From Squalus acanthias (taxonomy: Eukaryota), in contig CM059447.1 in NCBI GenBank assembly GCA_030390025.1, forward strand, positions 11,594,001-11,658,000: a stretch of DNA of 64,000 nucleotides. The letters are read 5' to 3'. Of the stretch, positions 27,101-38,509 are shown one piece after another. Under the pieces are notes generated by a model, which saw only the letters and a program-made list of their open reading frames with translations, had not been told where the DNA came from and ran no database searches. Numbering within the stretch: position 1 is the first letter of the stretch; each line of letters starts with the position of its first letter. The position numbers and the translations under genes were made by a program.

Positions 27101-28798
27101 ATGTACTCCACCACTGAAGTATAACTGCAGCCTTGGCGACATTTTGGAAAGAGAAAGTTATCTCGTCACCCAAGTGCCAGTAGGTGACTACAGTAAGGAA
27201 TAATCATACCTCTCAACTGCCCATTTTGTAATCGAGGTCAAACACCAAAGTCACCAAAATCAGCTGATTTGCCAGTTGTACAGAAAACCATGATCCCATT
27301 TTAAGAGCGAATCACGTTCCACCCTTTGAAGACATTGCTGGTTGAAAGCTCTATGGATAACTTACTATGCCACAACTTTCTACAGTGAAGACCAGAGAAT
27401 CTTTTTAAACATCAAAGTCAGGCTGCCATTATACTTCAGATAACAGTCTGAGACTAGTATATTTATCGAACAATATACAGCCAACAGACTCAAACTGCAA
27501 AGCCATTTGCTTCTCACTGTGATTCCACTGAGATGAGCAAATAGGAGCACGGCGTATGCGTACTTGCATGTGCAGCGCTCCGCTCACCAACAGCTAACCT
27601 TTAATGTTATGAGAGCAGAGGCAGGAACATCACTTTTCTCAGAACATTAAAAACAGTCAAAACTTTGTAAAACGCCGAGCCTGTTGGACTGCATGGGTAC
27701 TTTTGAAATGTGGCTCCGAACAGGGCTGAAAGTAGATCTATCCAGCACAAAGCCCAAAAAATGCAAGATCAAACAGCACAGGTAGTCTCACACCTGTTGC
27801 TCTAGCTTGCTCAAGAATCAGTTCGTCAACTTCACTCCTGAGTCTTTCACCGACGCTGAATCATAAACCATTGCATTGGCACAAGTGGCAGTTTAATGGC
27901 AACCTAAGATTAACATCAAATCTTATCAGAGAACCTGTCTTGTTTTCAATACTTTAAATACATTTTGTAACTCACTCCCAACATTGTTTTTTCTATTCTA
28001 AACTGAGGTTGCTTATTAAGAAATTAGATTAATTTCAAAGATAATCATAAATCATCTATATGTGAGGGGTACATGGCTTTTCTCACAGGATAACTTGTCT
28101 TCTAAAATCCTCAGATAATGAAACAGTCCATGCCCATCTGCAGCAAGACCTGGACAATATTCAGGCTTGGACTGGAAAGTGGCAAGTAACATCCGCGCCA
28201 CGCAAGTGCCAGGCAATGACCATCTCCAACAAGAGAGAGTCTAACCACTGCCCCCTTGACATTCATAGAGTCATAGGGCTCGATTTTGCCAGGCCCGAGG
28301 AGGCGAGATTGGAGACGTGTGAGGTGGTAAAATCGCAAAAAATGGCGGGCAGGCCCTAGCCCGCCTCCATCCCGCCTCCAAGCAATTTTCCCAAATGCGT
28401 GTTTTCTGACCCCGTTTCCATCCCGCTTCCAAGAGGCGGGATAGGCCCTTAAGGCCCTTAACAACCAGCCTCTATAATCCCACTTTGAGAGGCCTTTCTG
28501 ATTTTACCACTTTTCCCACGTCCTGCACGTCTCCTCTGGAACACGCCAGTGAATCCTGGCGGCCTCACAAGTGGATTGCTTACTAACAGCTGCGGCTCTA
28601 CCATTAAGAAGGAGTTTTCAGCAATCATCATTTGCAGGTGGCAGAACTTTGTTGTCTCAGGTCTGGGGGAACTTTTAGCAGGCATACCCATTGTTGTGGA
28701 AGTTTGGAGCCTGACACCCATCTCCAGTGTGACCTCCTGGGAAACCCCTCTCGCCACCTTGACTGAGCGCTTCCTCAACTGAGGCAGAAACCAGAAGC

Positions 28799-29025
28799 AT
28801 GGGAACCATTTATTTCCTTTCCTCCTGGACATCAGATTTGGATGAAGACCAGCCATGGCAGCAGCGGAACCATGAACAAAAGCACCACCAACAGCAGCAG
28901 CAACAACAGGAGCACCAAGCTGCTGCTCACCCACCTGAAGCTGCACAGGCCAGAAGGCGCCAGCGCGCGACCACATTGCTGCCCGGGATGCAAGGGACGC
29001 ACTCATCTTGGCCAGATTTGCTTAG
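28799..29025 (+). pseudogene. Harbinger transposase remnant: Q-rich N-terminus joined out of frame to the extreme C-terminus
   Basis: MGTIYFLSSWTSDLDED...QQQQQQQEHQAAAHPPEAAQARRRQRA, then in another frame from 28972 HIAARDARDALILARFA*, resembling a HARBI1-type C-terminal helix. No DDE core is present. Confidence 0.6.
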
Positions 29026-29283
29026 CCTGCACAATCAAACACTTTTGCCTCGCACCTTCTGATCAGACCATCGACAATGGCCAAGAACCTGCGGATTCCT
29101 ATCACTCTGACCACCATACTGACAATTGCAAGTCGTCCTAAGCCCTCAATGTGGAAGTCCCATTAGCGAAATGACACATGCCACAACTGCAACAGTTTGC
29201 CATCAGAATTTTTAATGACAATAAGCAACTGATGGCTTTTCAAATTTAAACACAACATTACACCCAAGTGACTACCCTTGTGA

Positions 29284-31265
29284 CTACTTGTGCATTATCT
29301 TCCTCTTACGCGTGCTCCTACGTGGTGCTTCCCCTGTGGCTTCAGCAGATGTGGAGGCCCCTTGCTCACTTTCTTGCTGCTCCTGTCTCGACACCTTTGG
29401 CGGGCGTCCTCTGGGGTTGCGAACCTGTGAGGGCTCGGCAACAGTCTGCTGCTCCTGCGGCTGTGCAGGGGTTGAGACGCCGATCTCAGTTGGGTGGGGA
29501 ATCTGGTGGGTCTCTGACCGAGGGCTCTGCAGTGGCATGGTCGTGTAAGCACTTGGAGAGGAGCCCCCACTTCCTTGTTGTATGCCACCAACATCCCTCT
29601 CATGGGTCAGCCCCACTTCAGACCTAGCAAGTGGCTGGACAGCACCTTGCTGCACTGCAGGGGGGCCATGAGGACCCGTTTCTGCACTGGAAGTCCTACT
29701 CCAGAGGACTTGCATGAAGGTCTGGTTTGTTTGCTCAATAGCTGACCATAGCTCCTCAAGAGATGTCAGTCTATTCTGAACAATTACCACGTTTTCCATA
29801 CCCTGGCGACTAAGCTCCTCCATGGACGTAGCCATCATCTCCTCTACCGTAGCCGTCCTCTCCTCTATGGTAGCCAGCCTTACCATGGAGGTAGCCATCC
29901 TTTCCAAGGAGGTTGCCATCCTTTCCGTGGTGATGCGTTCATGCGCCAACGCCTCCACAAAGGCTATGCTCATGTTAGCGATGGACTCCTCCATTCGCTC
30001 CACACTCGCAGCGACCCTGGAGACAAAACCTGCCAGAGACTCTTGCACCTGTTCCTGGAGTTCCAGCACCGCTCTCCTTCTGGCTGGACCCGGAGGTACA
30101 GGGTCGACATGCAGCGGAGCCGAGCTGGGAGCGTCCTCTCCACTGCGACGAGGACTCTCTACTGCTGTCCCTGTCTCCACCATCTGCTGATGCTCACTTG
30201 TGAGCTGTGATACACCAGGTGACAACTCTACTCTATGTCCCGAAGGTCTCACCGAGGTGTGAGTGTCTGCGTTGGTGCAGGGTGCGCTTAATTCTGCTGA
30301 CGCTGCACCCTCAGAGGTTGCAGCTTCCTCTGAGGAGTCTGGAAGCTCAGGCTCTTCCTCCTGGACAGTGGGGACGGGGTCTCGATGGTCCTGTGGGGGA
30401 GTAAAGGAAAGAGTTAGAGATGTGAGGTAAAGGTTGCATGCACATTGAATTGTGCAGCTGATCATAAGTCAATCTGTTAGAGCATCAGAATCATTATTAG
30501 TCACTCATGCAATGTCAATGAGAGAGATGCCAAACTATTCTGTCACCAGCTTGCTGTGATGCGCCCGCCTGTCCGTCCCCCACCTGGGAATCCTCCTCGA
30601 TCCCGGCAATTTCCAGGGCCGCCTCCTCCAAGGTGGTGAGCTGGGCTACTGAGGGTGGCCCTCCTCCTGTCCCCGCCCTTTCCCTCTTATTGTGGGCTCT
30701 CTTTTCCTGCAATGAGGGACACAAGTGGAGTTTGAGTGAGAATGAAGGAGTGAGTGTAGAGAATCCATAGCATAGATGCTTAGAAGGAGATAAAGGGCCC
30801 TCCCTGTGTGTTGTAAGTTGTTGTCATTGCATCACAGTGATAGGGAGTGTGAGGGCTGCATGGTCGAATAGTTAAGTGAATATGACCATAGAGAGAGAGG
30901 GAATGGGTAAGGGTGCAGAGATGTCAGTGTCAAGTGGGATGTGGAGGAAGAGGTTGTCAAAGCAGAGTGCTGGTGAGGAGAGGCGATGGGGATGAGATTG
31001 AGGGTGATGAGAAAGTCATACTCACTTTTCCTGTGCGGAGAAGGTCATGAAACCTCTTCCTGCACTGCAGCCAGGTTCTGCGGCACATAGAGATGGCATT
31101 GACCTCCTGGGCCACTTGCAGCCACACAGCTTTAGTCTGTTGTGGTGGCTTTTTTCTCCCTGAGGAAGGGAAGAGCACCTCCTTATTAGATCTTGCTCCC
31201 TGCACCAGAGCTTGGAGGAAGAGCTCATCAAAGCGAGGTGCACACTTTTGCTTGCTGGTGGACAT
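29284..31265 (-). CDS. Harbinger-encoded Myb/SANT-like (MSANTD/NAIF1-type) DNA-binding protein; predicted exons 31265..31026, 30706..~30547, 30390..29284
   Basis: Exon 1 MSTSKQKCAPRFDELFLQALVQGARSNKEVLFP...WLQVAQEVNA...RTWLQCRKRFHDLLRTGK|GTGAG. Exon 2 TGCAG|EKRAHNKRERAGTGGGPP. Exon 3 is about 368 open codons with heptad repeats, PRGRPP and RRSTRKRK. The exon 2/3 phase is unresolved, so it may be a frameshifted copy. Confidence 0.7.
29821..29925 (-). repeat. Five 21-bp tandem units encoding heptads ERMATSL/ERMATSM/VRLATIE/ERTATVE/EMMATSM
   Basis: Units start at 29821, 29842, 29863, 29884 and 29905. Confidence 0.85.
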
Positions 31266-31556
31266 GATCGGTAAATGAAGTCCTTCATACAATGTCCAAG
31301 GCGTTTCCAGTCTCCAGAAGAATCAAGGCTGCTTGCAGGCCTTAAATCCAACAGCATTGATGACGTCATCAGAGGCGACTTTCTGCATGAAAAGACTCAT
31401 TGGGCCAGTGGTTCCCACATGCAGGAAATCAATTGCCCAATTTGGGGAAAATCCCACTTTTTCAACACATCACTTAGGAGTCGGGGTCCTGACACAATTT
31501 CCACCTGACACGCCCCAGCCCGCCCACACTGACAAAATCCAGCCCATAGAGTCTAC

Positions 31557-32402
31557 GGGTGCAATCTTGCCAGCCCTGGGGAGGCGGGTATGGAGGCAGG
31601 ACTGCCGGGAAAATGGCAGAATTTGGGGGCGGGTGCCCAACCCGCCCCCAACCCACCTCCATGCCAACTTGCCAGGAGGCAGGTAGCCGTCCCGCGCCGG
31701 GTCCCGTCTCCTTGGAGGTGGGAAGGGATTACAGCCACTTAAGTGCCTGTTAACAGGTAGTTAACAGGCAGAAAATAGGCTTATCACCATTTGCCCTCAC
31801 AAGTGCGGGCTTCCCGAAGGCTCCGAACCCCCCCCAGGGTCACCGAGGCGAGTAGTGGGTCTGCGGGGGTCTGCGGGGTGCAAAAGTGCGCTGTGAAGGT
31901 GAGTGATGGGTGCAAGTGTGGAGAGGTGAGTATCTGAGGTAAGTGGAAAGTGTTAGAAAAAGTGTACTTACCTTTGTTTCTTCCTGCAGGCTTCAATCGC
32001 AGGGTGTGCGGAGAGTCTCGCACCTCCGCGGTAGAGATGACAGATGGCCATTGCATTCTCAGATGCAGAAACTATCTCATTTCTGCAAAAGAAAGAGGTT
32101 TGATGAGGTCTTGAATTCAAGACCTCATCAAACAACAGAGAATGTCACTGTTTGACAGCTTCACAGAGCTGTCAAACGATGACAATTCATCTGTCAAAAG
32201 TTTTTGACAGCTGAAACGTCATACGCTGACGTTCTCTGCAACCGGCTTTCCCTTAATTGGCCTGCTAAGCCCATTGGGCGGGCTTAACAAGGTCAATCAG
32301 GAGAAAATAGCGTGGGTTGGCCAGAAGTTGATGGAGGCGGGACTAAAACCCAACAAGTGGGAGTCCCGCCTCCAAAAGCTCCCCATTGGCAAAATCACCC
32401 CC
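31557..32402. mobile_element. Harbinger-type MITE (~850 bp) next to the 3.27 kb element
   Basis: Imperfect TIRs GGGTGCAATCTTGCC ... GGCAAAATCACCCCC (11/15); GC-rich arms with GGAGGCGGG/CCCGCCTCC motifs; TSD not cleanly preserved. Confidence 0.7.
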
Positions 32403-32970
32403 ATAGAGTCATAACGGCACAGAAGGAGGCCATTCATCCCATCGAGTCTGTGCCGGCTCTCTGTAGAGCAATCCAGTCAGTTCCATTCCCCCGCTCTATC
32501 CCCGTAGCCCTGCAAGTTTATTTCCCTCAAGTGCCTATCCAGACTCCCCTTGAAAACATTGAGTGTCTCCGCTTCCACCACTTCCGTCAGCAGTGAGTTC
32601 CACGTCCTCACCACTCGCTGCGTAAAAAAGTTTTTCCTCACGTCCCCCTGTATCTCTTGCCCAAAACCTTAAATCTCTGTCCCCTAGTCCTTGTACCATC
32701 AACTAGTGGGAACAGCCTTTCCCCGTCTAGCATATCCAAACCCGTCATAATCTTGTGCACCTCTATCAAATCACCCCTCAACCTCCTTTACTCTAATAGA
32801 AACAAATCCAGCTTCTCCAACCTGTCCTTGTAGCTAAGATCCCCCATCCCTGGAACCATTCTGGGAAATCTCATCTGGACCCTCTCAAGGGCCTTCACAT
32901 CCTTCCTAAAGTGTAGTTGCCAGAACTGGACGCAATACTCCAGTTGTGGCCTAACCAGTGCTTTATAAAG
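32403..32970 (-). mobile_element. CR1 LINE 3' end (5'-truncated) with (ACTCTATG)n tail
   Basis: LYKALVRPQLEYCVQFWQLHFRKDVKALERV on the minus strand; tail units CATAGAGT at 28264, 31545 and 32402. Confidence 0.85.
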
Positions 32971-35900
32971 ATAGCATTCACTAGCATTACCATCGCTGAA
33001 TCCCCACTATCAACATCCTGGGGATCACCATTGACCAGAAACTTAACTGGACCAGCCACATAAATACTGTGGCTACAAGAGCAGGTTAGAGGCTAGGTAT
33101 TCTGTGGCGAGTGTCTCACCTCCTGACTCCCCAAAGCCTTTCCACCATCTACAAGCCACAAGTCAGGAGTGTGATGGAATACTCTCCACTTGCCTGGATA
33201 AGTGCAGCTCCAACAACACTCAAGAAGCTCAACACCATCTAGGAAAAAGCAGCCCGCTTGACTGGCACCCCATCCACCACCTTAAACATTCACACCCTCC
33301 ACCACTGGCGTACCGTGGCTGCAGTGTGTACCGTCTACAAGATGCACTGCAGCAACTCGCCAAGGCTTCTTTGACAGCACCTCCTAAACCCGCGACCTCT
33401 ACCACCTAGAAAGACAAGGGCAGCAGGCACATGGGAACACCACCACCTCCAAGTTCCCCTCCAAGTTACACACCATCCTGACTTGGAAATATATTGCCGT
33501 TACTTCATCGTCGCTGGGTCAAAGTCCTGGAACTCCCTCCTTAACAGCACTGTGGGAGTACCTTCACCACACGGACTGCAGCGGTTCAAGAAGGCAGCTC
33601 ACCACCACCTTCTCAAGGGCAATTAGGGATGGGCAATAAATGCTGGCCTTGCCAGCGACGTCCACATCCCGTGAATGACTAAAAAAAAATGAACAGGTTT
33701 CTATCCTTTAGTGGCTACTAACCTATTTGCTATTAATTACAATGACGGAATGCTAAAAGAAATTAAAACTACTAATATTTCTAATTTCGTTGGTGTTTCA
33801 AATTAGTTTGCACTATTGTAATGCATATTTGCTGCCATAAAATTGCTGATGAAAATATGTAACTATCTGCTAACTGTGAACAATATGTCCTAAAATAAAC
33901 CAAACAACGCAAAATTCTGCTGAAGTGAAGTGCTGAGCCAAATAAAACCGGTTCACTAAATTGACCTTCAGACTTCCATTTGCAGCATCCCACACTATCC
34001 GTGATTACTTCAGACAGACTAGTTATTTCAGCACTCTCAGCATTTAGGACTAATTTAAGATTTTACGTGTACCTAAAAGATGTCTCAGCCAAACATTTCT
34101 GAGTGGAATCTGACTCCAATGGAAGCACCATAGACATGATTTAGCAGTTTGCTCACACTGTTTGTTCTGAATTTTTACAAAGTAGCTTGAACTCAAGCTG
34201 AGAAGTTTCCCAAGCCCTCCGCCAAGTTGCAGGTCCAACAAGTAAACACCAACACCAGCCGGTATCGTCCTCAAAATTCTGAGAACTTCGCCATCATGGG
34301 AGACATTTTTTCATAGTTTAGTGCAAAAAAAAGCAATCAACTCTAAATTGGCTTTAGAAGAAACAATTCAAAAGGGAACAAAATGTGAACAGTTTCCAAG
34401 TGATGTTCTCATTGGTTAATCTATAATACTTTTCCAAAGATTATTTTTCTTCTCTGCAACAATTTTTTCAAATGCTACTGCCAAAATTTCACAAGTTGCT
34501 GATAACCTGACTTTCATATATAAAATATACTGTTTTCAACCTTGACTGGTTTTCAAAACACTGGGTTTGTGACTTATCTAGAAGACATAGTTTTCTGAAA
34601 ATTTCTATGAATGATGAATATTTTAAAAGGAGAATTATAAAAATATACAGAATCACAGAATATACCTTAATCCTTCATTCTTGGACTCAAATTGGAAAAA
34701 TAACCACGATTAGAGTTTTGGTTTTGGTGAACAAATCCTACTGCAATCCCCTCAAGGGCAAAAATTGAGTTATCGAATGACTGAATAAGATGTTTTTTCA
34801 TTTTTTTAAAAATTATTTTCATAACAGTAACCAACTTTGTAGAGACAGAAATGAGAATTACAAGACTATGTTATAATACGACAGCAGCTGCATTCTGTAG
34901 TGAGCTTTTTTAAAAAAAAACTTTTTTGAAGTCTTGGGTAGAACATGCAATCTATTTTTAACTCCCATTTTTTTCCTTCAGACTCGTACTGTTGCATCAC
35001 ATCACTACACGAACTCTTGTTTTTATGTGTAGAGCAGGATTGCTTGCAATACATACTTTTCTGCTGTATGCTCCAATACCATTCTCTAGTGTATCAACGG
35101 GCGGTCCATTGATGTGAAATAGGACTGCCCCCGCTAGCTTCCTTCTCCTCGGCCCTGGCCCAAAATAAAATGCTTCATCTAGCAGCCAAAGAATCAAGTC
35201 CGAGTGACAGTCGACACCGGGTTTGAACCCAAGCACTCCAAGGGTCTAGTACATTACCTCTAAAGCTACAAGGCTGCAGCAATCCTGGCTTTAAACTTCT
35301 GTGCAACCGCAACATATGCCATTTCACAGCTAGCTTGCAAAAGATCCATCTGTAAAAAGAAACAGACCAGAACACATCAGTTTTTTTTGCCGCTTCCCAA
35401 ACTCAGTACACCTACCACACAAGCCAAAAACCGGTAAAATCTAAACTGTTCCGGCAGCCAGCCACAGAATGCAATCCTGTAACTATCCACTTGGGAAGTT
35501 AGGACTGTAACAATTATGCTATCAAGCTGCCCGTCAGGAGCCAACTATATTAATTACAAAGTGCTCAGATTCAGCTAATTTTTAAAGGGGAGCTGAGCCT
35601 AACTCCCAGGGTTCGTTATTTGGGAATCTTAGAAATGTTTTCAGGTAGTGGATGTACAATAGCGTTTTTTTATAAAGAGCCAATATGAGCAGCAGCAAAA
35701 CTTGGCTGGCCAAAAACAGGTTACAGAAGCTGTTGGTTCTAAGCTGACAAATCTCCAACTCCCCTTAAATCTTCATCTATGTGGCAGTCCTGCTCGGTCT
35801 CCTATGAACCATTTTAGCAGTATAAAATAGTATGTTTCAGTTTTTAATGTTCTTTTTGGATGCTGTAGATATTCTATGATGGAAAACACATTTTGAAAAC

Positions 35901-38135
35901 TGTTAAAGATACCCTGTACTGAGAAGAGTTAATCGAATTCTGTTAATCCACATTCAGGCATGCCCATGTTGTGTTAAAAAGAATTTCTGCACAAAATCAA
36001 TTGAAAAATGCAACTTGTGCGCATTTTCTCCAGAAGAAGGAGAAATGAATCGCAGAACATAGTTATGTGACTTTAGACTTTATTCAGAGACAGAATCCAG
36101 AGCAAATTTTTCTGTTGAAACACAGCAACTTTGACTACTAGCTGATTGAAGGTGAAAGGTATAATTGTAGGTGAAGTATCGATCATAAGTAATCAGGTCG
36201 TGATACTCTGAAATATCCCTGATACTTGGAAACTCCATCCATAGGAAATGAAATCATATTGAATTCTTGTAGATTACTCAACATGCAACAAATTGACCGA
36301 CCCATATTTGAGTAGGAGCAACAAAATTAGGAATGCACTTTTATATAAAGAAAAATCGCAATACCAGTTAAACCTTCAGACTTCAGCTGTCCTTTACTGT
36401 CGGAATAAATCAAATAACTAGATTGCAAAATAATGCATATTTACAAATCATCTATCATCTCATGTACTTCTTTATCTTAAAATGAGTTTATGTACTCAGC
36501 ATTTAACTCCCTGCAAACAAATTGTGAGTTCCACGGCTACCTATTGATACAACTTCAGGGCTATTTCAGGGACAGGGCGACCAACAGACAAATTTGCTCT
36601 GCTTTAACCATCACTCCTGCTGACTGATCATCACACAGCATTTACAGGCTGTGCTGTGATCCCCAGGAAGAGAATTCATCACAATGAGGAAGGTCATAGA
36701 GGGAAAAAAATAAATCAGGACAATAGTAGTGAAAGAAGAAGAGAGTATCAACAGAAAAATCACCACAAATCCTTTTTGGACAGCCTGCACAAAACTTGAA
36801 GCTTCCAAACTTTTAATACTCAAAACTGTTAATGTGCTCAAAGTTTCATTCTTAACGGTACAAATTTAAATTTATGCAGGAGCTTAAAAAATAATATTAA
36901 CACAGGATCTTTCAAGCATTTTAGGAATTTAAGGCAAGGAAGTTCAAGAATTTGCCTCTAAGTAGATGAAAAGCAAAATACAGAAGTTCAACTGAGCGTT
37001 TTGCAAAGCAGGATGCTCTATAAAAACAGGGCATGTATCTATGCAGGAATCGTCATGCCCATCCTATGTCAATCAAAAGGAGATTAAATGAGCAGAGTTC
37101 TGTATTAATCAACGGCCACTTGATCGTGGATAATTCTCCAGGCAACCAAATTGCCCGGCATCAAATAAGCAAAACAAGCAACCAATCTAATAGGTTGACC
37201 ATGAATAAATTCAAAAAGAACACTTTTAGATAAACCTACCAAACAACTATAAGCTGATGAAAAAGTGTAATTTTATGGGTAAATTTAAACCCAATCCCTC
37301 TCGGTCTCCATTCAGAAGTTAAAACCTCCAGGCTTGTGACGTTGATTTGTATAAACCAATGTCAGGTTTCTCAAAAGAGTGACAAAAGGGTTTTCCTTCC
37401 CACATTGAATGAGTCACTCAAAAAGCAGAATGCAAATTTGTTTAGATTCAAATTTAGTATTTATCCCAAAGGAAACATATGACATAACTTCCTAAATCAA
37501 ATAAAAGAATTTGTCCTTGCAAGTGACAAGTGTCCTTCTCCTCTGCTATACAAATAATGATGAAACTTATCATGCAGTCCTGTGTAGTTAGTCCTCTCTA
37601 TAAGCATACATACACACTATTGAAATTTGAGCACAATACAGTTAACAAAACAGTTGACTGTAATAATTAAATGAAAGCAACAAATTGCAGTTACGTAACG
37701 CCTCTAATATAATAAAACAGAGGTGAAATTAACCAGGTGCTGAGAAAAATTAAGGGCGGTACCGGAAAATCAAATCAAAGGGTAGCTTCTGAAGAGGCTT
37801 TTGATAGAATGGAGAAAGGTAGCAAAGCAGAGAGGTTCAAGGAGCATGTTCCAGAGTATGGGGCTGCAATAGCTGAGAGATTTGCAGCAGAAGTAAGCCG
37901 GAATGCAAAGGAGGCCAGAGCTGGAAGACTGGTTGGGAGGGGTGAAAATTTGTAAATGAGGATTTTGAAATTGATGTGTATGGAACAGGGAGCCAATGAA
38001 GTATGGCAAAGCACGGGAGTAATAGAGGAAATGAGACTCAGTGCAGGATAGGATGCAGGCAGTTGAGCTTCAGATGAGTTGCATTTTCTGAAAGGCAGAA
38101 CCTGGGAGACCGGCAAGGGGAACAATGGAGTAATT

Positions 38136-38445
38136 GGCCTAGAGATTCGGGTATTGGCACGCGGGGGGCACAGGGTACATGCCCTACACCTGAATGGTGA
38201 GGCCTGAGGCTCCCCCGATATTGGGCCTTGGGATAATGGAGCCGGCGAGGCGAGACAAACCCGCCAGAGAAGAGGAGTGCAAGATCAGGCCACTGCTAGC
38301 ATCGCAAAGGCCCACAGGTTAAGTGGGTCTGGGGGTCAGGGCAGGCATCAGGGCCAGGGATCAGGGTTGGGTCCGAGAATCACGGGACTGGGGATCGAGG
38401 GGACCGGGGAGGCGGGGCCAGGGTTGTAGGAGGCCACCGATCGGG
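38136..38445. mobile_element. Truncated GC-rich TIR-element arm
   Basis: Begins GGCCTAGAGATTCGG, like the other TIRs; GC/CpG-rich; no partner TIR found. Confidence 0.4.
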
Positions 38446-38509
38446 AGGGTTGTGTTTTTAGAGGATGGGTCGATGTTGCAATGGGTAATCTTGAAAAGTA
38501 AGAGGCAAA

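Larger units (their letters stand above)
28276..31545. mobile_element. Non-autonomous PIF/Harbinger element (3.27 kb) with a Myb/SANT gene and an internally deleted transposase
   Basis: TIRs GGGCTCGATTTTGCC ... GACAAAATCCAGCCC; TSD ATA on both sides (28273-75, 31546-48); convergent transposase remnant (+) and Myb/SANT gene (-). Confidence 0.88.
28111..33689 (+). mobile_element. LINE 3' portion (CR1-group) in two pieces, 28111-28265 and ~32975-33689, interrupted by nested insertions
   Basis: HLQQDLDNIQAW then ...CCCCTTGACATTCA, resuming as CATTCACTAGCATTACCATCGCTGAATCCCC (INILGITIDQKLNWTSHIN); ends AATAAA...GAATGACTAAAAAAAAA. Confidence 0.8.

Noticed and set aside
29821-29925. Regularly spaced repeats as a CRISPR-like array
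   Set aside because: Contiguous coding tandem units with no unique spacers, in a eukaryotic context.
29284-30465. 393-aa ORF as a standalone host gene
   Set aside because: Its first ~25 codons are intron-like (pyrimidine tract plus CAG at 30391). It is the last exon of the transposon Myb gene inside TIRs.
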